A stretch of 64,000 bases of DNA from Raillietiella orientalis (Eukaryota), in the NCBI GenBank assembly GCA_036172245.1, contig JAYWIR010000034.1:2232001-2296000 (forward strand), given 5' to 3'. The position numbers were made by a program, and so were the translations under genes. A model generated the notes under the pieces. It was not told the origin of the DNA. It did no database searches and worked only from the letters and a program-made list of their open reading frames with translations. Below are positions 47,790-59,999 of the stretch, one piece after another; the first letter of the stretch is position 1; each line of letters begins with the position of its first letter.

Positions 47790-50300
47790 GATCCGCGCCC
47801 TTGCAGGTCACCACTACTGCCTGATCTTCACTCAAGCTGCTACTTCTCTTTCCAGAGCTTCTTCAGCAGTGTTTGTTGGTATTCCTGCCAGTCCAACGCC
47901 TCTAAATAGGCGCCGTCATGCGTGCGGCGGAAGGGGATGCCAAGTTTGATGTTCTTAGTGGAAGTTTTTTGTGCGGATCGGCAACTGTCCATCGTGGAGT
48001 CGATGCAGACTGTGGATTTAGCATTGCGAAGACGGGCGGTGCCAGTCTTTTTGCAGGACTGCATGCCCGCGGCACGTCTTCTAGTCCATGGACATACTGC
48101 TAATGTGGTTCCATGCTGTTTCTCACGGAGTCCTCGATCCGGCAGATGAACCTGATGTCAGATGACTTTAGAGATGTCTTGTGGCTCAAGCTACCTCGGA
48201 CGGAACAGGTCGAAGCATACTCTTCGATCTGCTCCGTCCGAGGTAGCCATGTTTGGCACGTGAGCTCATTGTGGTTTTCCATGACCCCGGATTCCACTTT
48301 TCCGCTTTCAATCCATCTCAAGATGTTCGAGGGGAAATTTCAGGTCGCAGGTTTTTGCTTGTCCCTCTTTTCGTAGCTTTCGTGGCTGTCAGGCAGGACG
48401 GTGCCGAACATCCACGAACTTGGATCTTTGCTGCTGCATCCAGCATTGCCTGGTCGACTTCCCTACACAGGTTCCGTGTGACTCCTGCTAAACGACTGAG
48501 CGCGAGTTTTGAAAGAGGGTTCTGTGCTCCTGGAGCTGCACGAAGCCGTGCAGGTGTTTCGGTCCGTCTTGGCGGCTTCTTAAACCAGGGTAGGAAAGCC
48601 TGGATGGCTACCTCATCCCATCTTTGATGTGCTCCTCCTCACTGGGAGACAGTCTTAAGTACCCTGCGCCACATTCTCTGCCCGGAGCGAACTTTCATTG
48701 GCAGCTGTAGTCAGAATCCCGTAAGGTCTTTCTGTGCTAAGGAGTTCCCGGTGGACTTTACATATCATGGATACGGGTACAGTATGGGATTAATGCTCAG
48801 TGCTAACCCAAAGCATGAGCAGGATACGTGATATCTGCTACCACGTGAGGGGAGAGTGCGACGTATGTCAAGAGATTGCGTGTGGGGTTTCTCTTTTGCG
48901 TACGACCTTGTTGGGAGCAAGCGGAAAGGATGATTGAATGATGAATGCACGTGGAGCTGGGATTGTGGGCTTTCGTAGCGATCGGAAGGTCACACGAAGA
49001 CCGGAGGCTATGCTGCTGCTGCCCAGGAAGCGAAAGTCCTCATCTGGAATTCGTAAGAAAGCGAGGTGCTGTAGGAAAGGAGTTATTGGAGGCGTCGTGT
49101 GCAAAAGTGTTTTGGCAGATTTAGAGGCTTGAGTGCTTCTGCTGGTCTTGTGGTAGAGTTTTCAGTGGATTTGGGATTGAACCACTCTTGTTCAACAGTG
49201 CAGAAGTCTGGTGCTTCTAATCGGATGGAACGAGTTGTCTCGTGAGCATGGCTTCGAAAAAGGGAAACCCACGACGAGGTGGCCGGATCCGAGAGGATTT
49301 TGCGAACTGCTGCGAGTTGGTGAAAATGACAGCTTGTGGGTATTCTCTTGAGCCTACGCCGCATTTGTTTTCTGGAGATAGGCGTGGTTTGGATTGCTAG
49401 GAGGAGCGCGAAGGAAGGAAAGAGCACAGAGCTCTTGGGTGTTCCGCAAGGCAGCGGGAACAAACCCCTCTCCACTGGTTACATCCGGCTATGGCCGGGA
49501 CTTTGTGCCGGAAATCAGCAACAAACGTACAAAACGCAAACCAAAAATCGAGAGAGGTCCAGTCGGATGGAAACGAAATGGTCCTGCGCGAAGAAAGTCT
49601 TTTAAAACAAAACCCCGCTAGGATTCAGCAGGTTGATCCCGTTGTTTTCGGCGTCCCCTGCTTCGTTTGCAGTGGGTAGTGTGACCATACCAGAAATTCT
49701 GCCGGCAGAATAGCTGAATGTTTAGGTCTTGATCTTTTGAGACCACTCTTGAGCTACACCCTACCACAAAACATAGCACGCTCTTGTCCTCACAGATTCT
49801 TGTCCATGCGGATGGGAACTTCACATCGAGGATTTTGCTTGCTGACGCGTGGAATTTCACCTCCCTCGAGCTGATTTCAGTGTGGGCAGAGCAATCGCAG
49901 CCGCGCATCAGTGTCTTGTACTTCCAGTCGGACCGTTTGCGTTCCTCTGGGTCCCTTGGACGTCGGACGGTGCCTGCGCAGCCTCGTCTCGCTCTTGACC
50001 TTGCTCGCGTTCGCGTCTTCGGTTTGCGCTCGTATCTGGCGTGTTCTCCGCTGCCGTCTTCTGAGCTTTTCTGCCCTGTTGTTGCTGCTCTTGAGCTGAG
50101 CTCCGTGACCTCGATGCACGTGTGGTTGCGGCGACTCGCCTCGGAGCTTCCAGACTCCAGGGGGTGTGGGCGGACACAGAACGGGTGCAATCCTTCCGAG
50201 TCGCAGTGCTGTCCAGGAAACGACCAGCTCGAACTGGATTAGAACGGATGGAAGATTCAGATTGTTTATTCTTTTGTCTATTGCAGCGGTACTCAATCCA
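47790..50300 (-). mobile_element. Decayed LINE ORF1-EN-RT
   Basis: FCRQNFWYGHTTHC knuckle (ORF 49618..50190), AYLQKT (~49375), a motif-A-like region ~48380, KLGIPF...DWQEY (ORF 47840..48064). Confidence 0.55.
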
Positions 50301-50329
50301 CGGCCCGCCAAGCTTCTATGTGCGGTCTA

Positions 50330-50625
50330 TATCATTTACAGCCATTAAGTATCTTTTAAGTATCTCGCGGGTTGTTTCGTGATTTGGTTCAATAACGTTG
50401 TTGTGTACAGTTTCGTTTCTTATCACTTTAAGTGTTGGTACGCGGACAGAATACAGTCTTGTGATTAACTCATTACAATTAAAAAAGTGTTTGTTTACAT
50501 CCATATTCTTCAAAATTTTTTGCACAAAATATGTGGATTAAAAAAAAACTATATTGTATTAAAATTAGTAGAATTAATATGTATTAATATATTATTTTTT
50601 TGCATCATTGCATTATAACGTACTG
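50330..50625. other. Sharp AT-rich island containing a short open frame (50316..50525, minus)
   Basis: Composition is visibly far more AT-rich than the flanks; origin unknown. Confidence 0.6.
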
Positions 50626-50691
50626 TGTACAGCCCGCTTGATGATGCAAGGATTAAGCTGGTTGGTCTGCAGGCTTCAAGTGTGGCACTGG

Positions 50692-52380
50692 TTGACACTT
50701 GGTCACACCGGGGCGTTTACTTATAAAACTAACATACATGTCTGTGGCAGGACGTTTGATCCTGTCACTTTACTTATAGCTACGAGAGGGAACCTGCCGG
50801 GATCTGGCACGCAGGCCAGCGGGGGTCGCCTCAGGGGAAGGGGAGACAAACAAAAAGAAAAACATAAAACAAAAAACATAAAGTCAAAAAAATGGGGGGT
50901 TCGGGAAGGGATTACTGTATCCTGCTGGGCGTCCTCTGCATCCTTGTAAGGATGCCAGCAAGTTTCTGTTTCAAGACTCCCAGATGGGGCCATCTTGACG
51001 TGATCTTCATGAAGAGAACAGCGTCCCTGTCGTTCTGGCCTCCTTTGGCGTTGCTCCATGCAGCCACGGTCCCGTTGCATGGGCGGCAGAGCGTTGCCAG
51101 GGATGTGGCCAGCCTGAGGGCGTCGCGCAGGAAGAAGCCCTTCAAAACGTCTCTGGTGTTGCCACCGGGGATTCCCAGGGTCGCGGCAAAGAGTTCCCAG
51201 AGGAGCCGGAGGGCAACACAGTCCACTAGGAGGTGCGGGAGAGATTTCCGCTCACCGCATCTTGCACTGTTTGGATCCTCCCCCCTCTCCCCTCCACCCC
51301 GGGTCCAGTGAGACCAGCGGACGTTGCACGGGAGACCCCAGTGCAACAGCAGAAGTGCCGACTCCTGCCACTTTAGGAGGAGGTCCTGGCTGTTCTTCAG
51401 TGCTGGGGACATTCAAACGCTACGACCCCAGCTGCCCCAGTGAAGGGACTATTTCGCTGAGTTGAGCTACTGAGAATCACATAGGAAGTTCCCGAGTGTT
51501 GCCCAGCGCTGATGAACAACCCAACCCACGCCCTGAAGTGGCAGGAGTCGACACTTCTGCTTTGCACTGGGGTCTCTTGTGCAACACCCACCAGCATCAT
51601 TGGACAATCATTGGACGGACAATCCCAGGGATGTGATGAAGGGCCTTTTCGTGCCCGATGTCCTTTCGCCTGCCGTATCCATAGAAGCTTTTTTGCTGCG
51701 TAAGTGGAATTGTGGCAGTCTGGAGCTACGCGAGGGAGGATGGTGCGATAAAGGCGCCATCTGCTTCGCCCTGAGCTTCATTAGGACGGCAGCTAGATGG
51801 CCCCACCCGAGACATATCTGAGGAAACTTGACAGCATTCTGGGAAGGATGCAGAGGAAACCCTCCAGCGGATAGTGATCCCTCCCCTAACCCTCCCAAAT
51901 TTTTGTATATAGTATTTTTTTATTTTCATTTTCATTTTTATTTCCCTCTCCCCTTCCGCTGCCGAGGCAACCGTCGCCAGCCAGTGTACAGTTTACTCGG
52001 AAGATTCCGTGCATTTTCGGACGATGTAGGGTCGATGACCCTATACATATATGTTTATTTTTTATAATGAACATCACGGAGTTACTGGATGATAATCCCT
52101 ATAACTTGAAGAGTTAACACGCTCCCTCGGGTAGCTTGGGCAGCGCCAGGGCGCTTCGTGATCCGCGCATGCCTTCAACAGCTACAAGAGCTGCCAGAGG
52201 TGTCCCCATCCGCACACGTAAAGACGCAGTACGGATTTTATCCGCATCGTAAAAGTAGCGTTCGGAAGATGGAGAATCGTCTATCGGAGACAACAAGTAC
52301 CAGCTTTGGAGTCGCAATTGTTCTCGGATCTGATACCAAGAAGAGATCGGGCCGTAATTCCAAAAGGGGGCATCCGCTCA
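50692..52380 (-). mobile_element. Family A LINE 3' part, split by a nested copy
   Basis: ORF 50912..51412 contains the zf-RVT; terminal motif at 50692-50721; 52100-52380 resembles 39500-39770 (the upstream continuation). Confidence 0.75.
51455..52095 (+). mobile_element. 5'-truncated family A LINE 3' end nested antiparallel, zinc-finger core deleted
   Basis: Closely matches the reverse complement of 70-840; terminal motif at 52066-52095. Confidence 0.85.
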
Positions 52381-52399
52381 GACGGGCTGGGGACAAACC

Positions 52400-54940
52400 A
52401 GGATGGCGAAATGTGGTGACGCTGCTCTCGAGACATCCTCCGAGAGGATCAAGACCGTCAGAGTGGCCAATCCTCGTGGGATTTCCGGAATCGCGGGAAT
52501 CCAGTCAGCCATCAAGCACTTCAAAACGTGCAAATCGCTCCGTCCTGAAGACATCACCACAGGAAATTCGCAGCGTCAGCCAGCGTCGGAAGCAACAGGA
52601 GCGCCGCCTGGCCGGACGCGCTCCGGCCGGCCGCAGATCCGCTGGCAATTCGATTTGCAAGAGGGAATCGATTGGGCATGCGAGAGGGGGGGCTGCTCGC
52701 AGCTCAGAAGTTTGCCCGCGAGCAGCCCCAGCTACCGACACAAAACCTGGAGCGGAGCAAGGAGGCGCGTGCGTCCGAAGCTCGGACAACCACCTGGAGC
52801 ACGTCGCAGCGTGGTGACAGAGCCGGTATGACGGTCCGCAGACCGAGTGTCAAGCCAGGCAACGACCCTCCTTCCCAATAGCCTCCGACGAGGCTTTCCG
52901 CTCATCCTGAGAGGGAGTTGAGCCTCACGCATGTGGAAGTGGATCTGGACCGTCACGATGCGACCCGGCCCCGAAGGGAACCACCCTGCGATCCAGGGAA
53001 GTTCAGAGGCCAAAGACAGTCCTCAAGTTGATGCGCCGAAGTTTCTAGAAGCGATTCCCTTTCCTCCACTTCTCACAGCAAGCTTCCGTTCACTCATCCC
53101 AGATGAACGGCTTTGCAGTCTGGGACAGGAGCATCACGCCGAGGTGCTCCTTCGCAAGGAATGGGTGCAGCACTTGAGGAACGAATGGTAAGACAAGGAT
53201 TAGAAACGAGGGAGCACTTTCCCTCCTTCTCGAGAGAAGCAGCGCTCTGACCAACAAACGACTGGGCCACGACTGCTGAGTAGGAGGAGTGGACGCGGTC
53301 AATTGACACAGCAAGCTGTCAATCTGCCAGATGGACGGAACGGACCAGCCACATCATCAAAGGAACTAAGTAAACCTCAAGGGAGAAAGCAACTACGGTG
53401 TTCGAGATGACCAGCGAGCCACCCGTCCCGTCAGCACCCGGATTGCCAGAAGTTCCCGTCAGGAAGCAAAAATCCAGCCGCCAAGGCAGGTCAAGGGCAC
53501 AGCGAAAACTCGACAGGAAGGGCACGGGAGGGCGTGGCACTCGAGGTCGGGAACTGATACGAATCAAAGGCGTGCCATCCTCACGTTGGAAAGCACGCAG
53601 GGTGCAGCTGCAGCAAAATACGGCCAGCAGACACAAAATACGGGATTTTGTGTCTGCTGGCAGCCCGACTCCAATTAAACTCTACTGCTGGGACACCCAA
53701 ACATGCTCCGCGAGCAGCCCACACATCGAGCGAAAGCGAGTTCCTGCTAGAAGGACTTTGGAGAAGAGAGGACAAGAACTTACCAGCGCTCCGTCGCCCC
53801 CGGTCAGGGAGGCAGCCCATGGAGCGAAAGGAAGGGGCACCAAACCAGCAAGCACGGAAGCCAGAATGAGGGAAGGCGGCAGTTCCACCACATCCCAGCA
53901 CTCCCGCTTCACCTCACCGCGTGCGCGGTGCAGCAATGCTCTTCTGCACTTTGATCTTAGCCAAAAGGCAATGCTCTTTTGTCGCCGCCCGAGTCGAGCA
54001 GTCCTCCCTCGCACCTCAGCAACGGAAGGCCGGGCTCGGTGGGTTTCCTTCCACCTCAAGAAAGAACCACCTCAAGATCGCTCGCGCTGCACAGCATCGA
54101 GGCTGCTGCTGCGGCTAACTGTCCAAGACGAAGGCGCGGCGCGCGAATGCTGCCACGGGGTACCTTGCACAACGAAGACCGCTGCAGGGCGTCAGGCTTT
54201 TCCGTGCCCTCTGTCGAGAGCGGCCCACCTGAGTTCGTGCGGCCGCGTTTCTGCTGCACAGGAGCGGCTCGTGGTCACTGCGAGAAACCGCTACGAAAAA
54301 CCGAGAGATTGCTACTCGCCACTTGACTCCCATTCCTTCAAGGAAGCCCTCAAATTACGTGTCGCCCGATACCTCCGGGAAGCACGGCTGCTGCTGCTAC
54401 CTCTATAGAAGCTGGTCGCCTGCATGCACTGCCACCACCGTGGAGCAGGAGAGCTGCAGTCGACACCATTTCCATGGAAATTACACATTCGCTCAGTGTC
54501 CGCTCGGACGTCTCACGCCGCAGCAGTTTGCGGCTCTGGCACGAATATCCGACTGACCACATAAGTGGGGGTTTCGAAAGAAGTTCGAACCAGCGCGGCG
54601 GCAGGGCAAGCAAAGGAGGCGTGGCTGCGTGGACGGTGCTCATCCGGTTGCAGCCCTGGAGGATTCTCTAACTCTGTTCTCCGTTCAGGCTGGCGCCATC
54701 TTGCAGGTTCTGGGCGGAGCGCTGAGAGCGCTCTGCCGTCTGCCTCTGGTAAGAGGAATCACCCCCGATAGTGGCCAACGCGCTCGTGCGCTTCAGTGGC
54801 TTGTCTCCGTGAGTCATCTGGTCCAGGTGAGCAGGAAAGTCTTCTTGGAGGTGTGGAGAAATCGCGGCCTGTCTCACCTGGGAGTGCAGGGTGAGAAAGG
54901 AACGGCACAGCCACGCTTCCGTCGCGTCCAATGTCCGTGG
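52400..54940 (+). mobile_element. Decayed LINE ORF2 (EN-RT-GGLG)
   Basis: VANPRG (~52465), LILRG...DLDR (~52900-52950), WRPI-like ~53660, then LLHFDLS.KA, GRQAFPCPLS and RYL in ORF 53398..54408, and SKGGVA ~54610. Confidence 0.6.
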
Positions 54941-54944
54941 TTGT

Positions 54945-55767
54945 GAGGCACCCTTTTGTGTCTGCTGGCAGCTGAGTCCGTTCATCGCGTCTTGTCGATC
55001 CGCAATCCGCCTCAGGACGTTCTTCTTCGACCTGGTAAAACGGCGTGTGGACTCCTCGCATCCACCGCATTTCTTGGGGCTGCTGACACTGGTTTCAGTG
55101 CGACCAAGTCGCCCAATAAGGAGGACGGAGGCATACAGCGAGCTCTTCCGTCTGCCGAAGTGGCTCTGGGAAATGTCGGAAGAGTTCCTCCTTCTTCGAG
55201 GATGTTTTGTGGCCTCCTTTCCCTCCGCTGACCAGTGGGGGTTTGCACACCCCCGCAATTTGGCCTCATTTGGCGCAGGTGAAAGCTCTGCGAACCAACC
55301 CCCTGCGAAGCGAGAGCGGTGGGGTGTTCCATGCCGGAAGGCGTTTCCTTCGGGAACCTCGGCAAATGAAAGCTTCCTGAGCTGAGAAGGAACCTGATGT
55401 GCGAACTTCTTAGCAGCCATGGATTGCAGTGCCTGGGATTGGTGTTGATGGGTTCGTGAGCCATTTGTATTCGAGTCGTTTTTCGCTAGAGTGGTAGTGC
55501 TGTGGTTGGACCGTCTCGTTAGAGTTGAAGTCGAAGGTCCTCCACCAGTAGATGGCTACGAAATAAGAAATCACCTTAGGAGTCTCTTAAGTGGCGAGTG
55601 GAAAATTCAGAAATTTCTGTCTTCTAGAACGAATTCTGTAAGGTGACGACGACACCGAATGAGATAGGAATTTTGTAGGTGAGGTGTGGGAACAGCAGCA
55701 TGCCACCTAGGTCTCTGAGGAAACAAGAATGGGGAAACAAGAAAACCCGCTAGGCGGTGACACTACA
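54945..55767 (-). mobile_element. Probable LTR retrotransposon 5' end: ~220-bp LTR, PBS, gag fragment
   Basis: Minus strand starts TGTAGTG (55767) and ends CATCTAC, immediately followed by TGGTGGAG (55540-55547, complementary to a tRNA ...CTCCACCA end); then KLRGCANPHW (gag L.G.A..W-like) in ORF 54668..55420. Confidence 0.45.
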
Positions 55768-58700
55768 TAATAATTACTATTTTCACATTATACTTGTTTT
55801 CGCCCAAAGATAGCACGTGAATTTGCTCGATTTGTCTTCACACAAACAAATGCAAACACAGCATGTAAACTGAGGAGCATCCCTGGAGTTTGCAAATCAG
55901 AAATGCTTGAAGGATTGTTTCCAAGGCAACATCGAAGTTCATCTCGAGCCCTTTTGCATTAGAATTGCAAAGGGTTTGGAATAAAACTTGGAGGAGTTGC
56001 ATTTTTTCGATTAGTGGAAGACTCCAAAAAAGAACGCTGGAAAAGTTTCCCTCTGATTGCTATTCTGTACTTGTAATTACTTTCGTTTCTTGTACTTCAT
56101 AAGAACGTATGCTTCTGGAAGAAAGAAATCCGTGTTCTACCTTTGATTATGAATCTTGGGATAAAATCTCCTCATTACCGATCGCTTTGATTCATGAAAA
56201 TGAATTCCTCTGATCTTCGGGAAATCGAAGATGCTTCGCCTTAACGACACGGAAGTGCCTGATCATCGACCATTAGTTTGTTCCGCATCTGCATACAATT
56301 AAATGAGAGTGGACTTTTAGACCGTCATCTTCTAGCTGACTCTGCTGGGTAACGACGCATCCTCCATCGAATCCACGTTCAGAACGTTGATCACAAGGTC
56401 TTGATAAGCGAACCATCTAGAAAATTCGCTTTCCAATGCGAGGGGTGAAAATAGGTTCACTCGGCCCGTTGCTTCGGCGAAAATCGAGGCATTGGCTAAG
56501 AATAATATCGCGTTGCCCCGTGTGCAAGATGGATCGGAATGTAGGCAGGGACTTCTACGGTGCACAATCCCGGAATCCGTTTCGCAGCACGATCTCCCCC
56601 TGCCTCCGCACCAGGAAACTTTCTTGAGGAGCCAACGCTCACGTGCTCTCCTAGTCCATTCTGGGTCGTGGAAACCAGAAAGTCCTATGGATAGTCAACA
56701 CCAGGATGAATTGCAGGGCCCTGGTAAGAGAACATGCCGGTAATGTGGACCTTTTTGTGCAGAAACGGAGAACTTGGCAACACCATTTGCCTGTGTGTTG
56801 GAAAGACACGCGGCCTACGAAAGTCGTTATTGTATAGCGCTTTCATTTCACGCCAAGTTTAACGACCTGCAGGAAACCAGATTTGTGACAAATGGTTTGC
56901 TTCCGCCATTTAGATCTTCATCCTTAGTAACTTCTGAGGAACATTAGACCATGAATAATTCCATGGTGCATCGTGCACTCGTTACGTGCCATCGTGGGAA
57001 GGACAGGAATGCTTCTGGAGAGATACTCCATTTCCTTTCCAGCTATTTTGTAGAATAAAGTGAAAACTCTCCCGGAGAGATCCCACGATTCCGGTTCTCA
57101 TATTGCAATTGCAGAAATGATTAACATTAGCTTTCTCGTTCATGAGACCGATCTGTCATCTGCGAGTTCACACTCGGAACAGGTCTAGTAGCGTTGGAGT
57201 GTGTTGAGGAATCGGAAAAGCCTCAATATGCCGGCAGCGAATCAATAAAGATCAGGAGTGCTAATATCATATTCATCTATTAATAAAGTATGAGAATGGA
57301 AATCAGCTAGGGTCCAGCGTTGTCTCCGACGGGAACACGGTTGTCGGCTTCCTGAGACGTCGGCCTAACATTTTCGAAGAGGGGATGATGAGCACCCCAC
57401 GACGCTGAATGTACACAACCATTCGGTATTTCCAAACAGCAGATTCCAAAAGGGGTTCTCAGGCTGCTCCAGGAGAAAACGCACAGGAGACAGAGTCGGA
57501 ATTTTATGAGCGACAAGCTGTCCAGAATTGCTACTAATATTAAAGGAAAACTTGATTGCTAAATTTCAAATTGAGCACTCGAAAATAGACTATAAAATGG
57601 TATAAAATGGAAACTTAAAGGTGAGAAGAAAAAAAAAAAAACTCCCGTTTCCTAAACATGAAGAAAGAATACGAGTAACCTTGACGAACTTCTGATTTGA
57701 TACGACGGAGCGTTTGATGTCCACTGCAGGAAGTCATGGCCGGAGTGTATGTACAATCTGTTTACTAAGAGGATGATGCCATTACGACCGCACGTGCCAA
57801 ACAGAGGTCACGAAGAGAGCCTGCAGCGCTGCCCGTCAAAACTGATGAATTTTCGGGCACTCTCTTCCTTGGAAGGCCTCGAACAAGTGATTTCGGGGCT
57901 GCGCCGGAGATTCAACCGCTGTCTGAAGCTGCTGAAAGACAGAGTCTATGAAGATGGAGACGAGCTTCAAGAATTGCCGCAGTACTTGAAAGAAGGCCGT
58001 CTTGAAGTGGTGCTTTAGAAGGTTTGTCATTTGAAACGACAGCGGGTTCGGATCATGGAGAGAAACAAGGAAAGCAAACAACGATTTTTCCTATGCCGTG
58101 TTGCTCTTCCAGCATCCCAAAAATGCCGAAGCGATCCTGCAAAATCATGTTCTGCATGAATTGACCGTTTTGTCGCACATATATTCGATTCTGGTTCCAC
58201 TGCTCATTGGAGGCACTGACTAGAATACAGAGGCTGCCGTGGTATTCCAATATAGGTCAATTGGGGGAGCACGCTAAGCTGAATTTCATGGCAAGGAGAT
58301 AGGGTATTGGGACCTTAAAAGTCATGCAATAGATAGTTCATTGCTCCTGGAAATCAATACAGAAGCACTTGTCTAGTCAGGAGTGCAAATTTTCGTTTGA
58401 AGCTGCAAAATTTTTCTGGTGCAACAGCGAAGTCGCACATGCGAGTATCCATATGTGAGGAAAAAGAGAATTTTTCTGTTCCCAGGTGGATTCCTTTGCT
58501 TTCATAATTTGCCTTCAGATTCGTAATGATTGGTGCATTTATTGTACTTCCTTGTTCTTTCTCCTCACTCTCGTACAGTTATACAACTTTCGATATGCTC
58601 TCCCTATTGTATGTGTCCTCACTTCTGGTTTCCTGGAAAAATGATGGTCACAGAACGAGTCAGTCATCGCACCGCCCTTTAACAGAGATTTGTTTGCATC

Positions 58701-59999
58701 ACGGCCATAAAGGCTGTCTAATCGCATTTGGATTTTTTTGAAGGAACTGCCAGTGTTTACAAATGCTGATTCGAGACTCGGTCTTTTGACAGCGTCTCCC
58801 ATGCTGTACCTCCGTGCCCAGTGGCAGAGCCGTTGGGGATGAAAAATCTCATATGAAATGCGTGGACAGTTTCCATTTGGGTGAATTCGGACAAGGAACG
58901 ATGGGTTTAGGTGGGTTCTTCAGAATCGGGAAGCCGCGTACCTTGAAAAATGCGACGTAACAGATCTTTGGTGAATCCTGGAATCTGGGTCACAAACTGA
59001 CCAAGTGCACTCTCTTCGATTCAGGACAAGTAGGTCAAGTCACCGAAGCTCGTTAAAAACTTCCAGGTCTCACGTGCACTGTTCGCTACGGTCCTCATGT
59101 GCTTCGATGAGGAGGCTGTCCCGTTCCAGGCCCGGTTTCCACGTCGAGGCAGGAATCTCAATCCGTCCAGACGCCGTGCTAAGCAAATCTGCCGAACGAT
59201 GTCTCATTTGCACACTGGTCGCACTGAGGCTGCATGAGGCGTTTTCTTTTGCTATTTTCTCGTCCCGTCTGCCTCGCCCCCGACCGTCAAAAGATGAGAA
59301 ATTTACCATGCAATTAGAGCACTTTTGTTCAAAATGCCTACCCTAAAGAACACGAGCTATTCCGCTTCCGAGTTCGAAGAGAATGGCTCCAGGATGAGAT
59401 ATCATTGGGCTCGAAAATCAAGCCGAACCGAAGCCTTTTGTGCGAAGAGAATGGTTAGCAAGCAGACCCTCGTTAGGCTGTGAGATAACAAGCCACTGCG
59501 TTCGCTGCTGAATTAGTTTGCATTAGTTTGGAAGAAGTGGGAGCGGAATTCGGAAGCGAGCAGATTCCAGAGTCGGAAGAAAGAATCGGGATAGAATCGA
59601 AGGGAAATGGAAAGGCGGACTTCATGCTTCTCATTTGTTCCGTGTCACATTAATGCCTTTTTAATGCAGTGTTCAACTGCGGAGGAAACCTCATCAGTTA
59701 AGAACTTTAGCAGTTTAATAACTCGACTTTTCATGGTTGATAACCTTATGCAAGTACCAAGGATGCGATTGAAGCAGATCGGCCAGCATGAAGGGTTCTT
59801 CAGATTAGCATCAAAACAGGAAGTGCTGCGTTGAAAATATCTTCCTAAAATCTGTCCTCGAAGCCACAGTTTATCTGCAACTACTAGAATGCCTTATTAG
59901 CAAAAACGAAGAGTTCAAAAGGTGGGTGTCTCAAAAGGCACTTATTGGACGCTACCCCGCTGCTGCCCATTCCATGTAGAAATATACAAGAATAGCCAA

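Noticed and set aside
50692..52095. Twin-priming 5' inversion of a single insertion
   Set aside because: Both arms contain the same region, differ substantially and each has its own 3' terminus, so they are two insertions.
53398..54408. Longest ORF (336 aa) as a functional gene
   Set aside because: It drifts in and out of RT motifs because of frameshifts and lacks an intact YADD; it is a pseudogene fragment.
55770..59900. Short ORFs in the AT-richer distal region
   Set aside because: No recognisable motif series; probably very old repeat debris, left unassigned.
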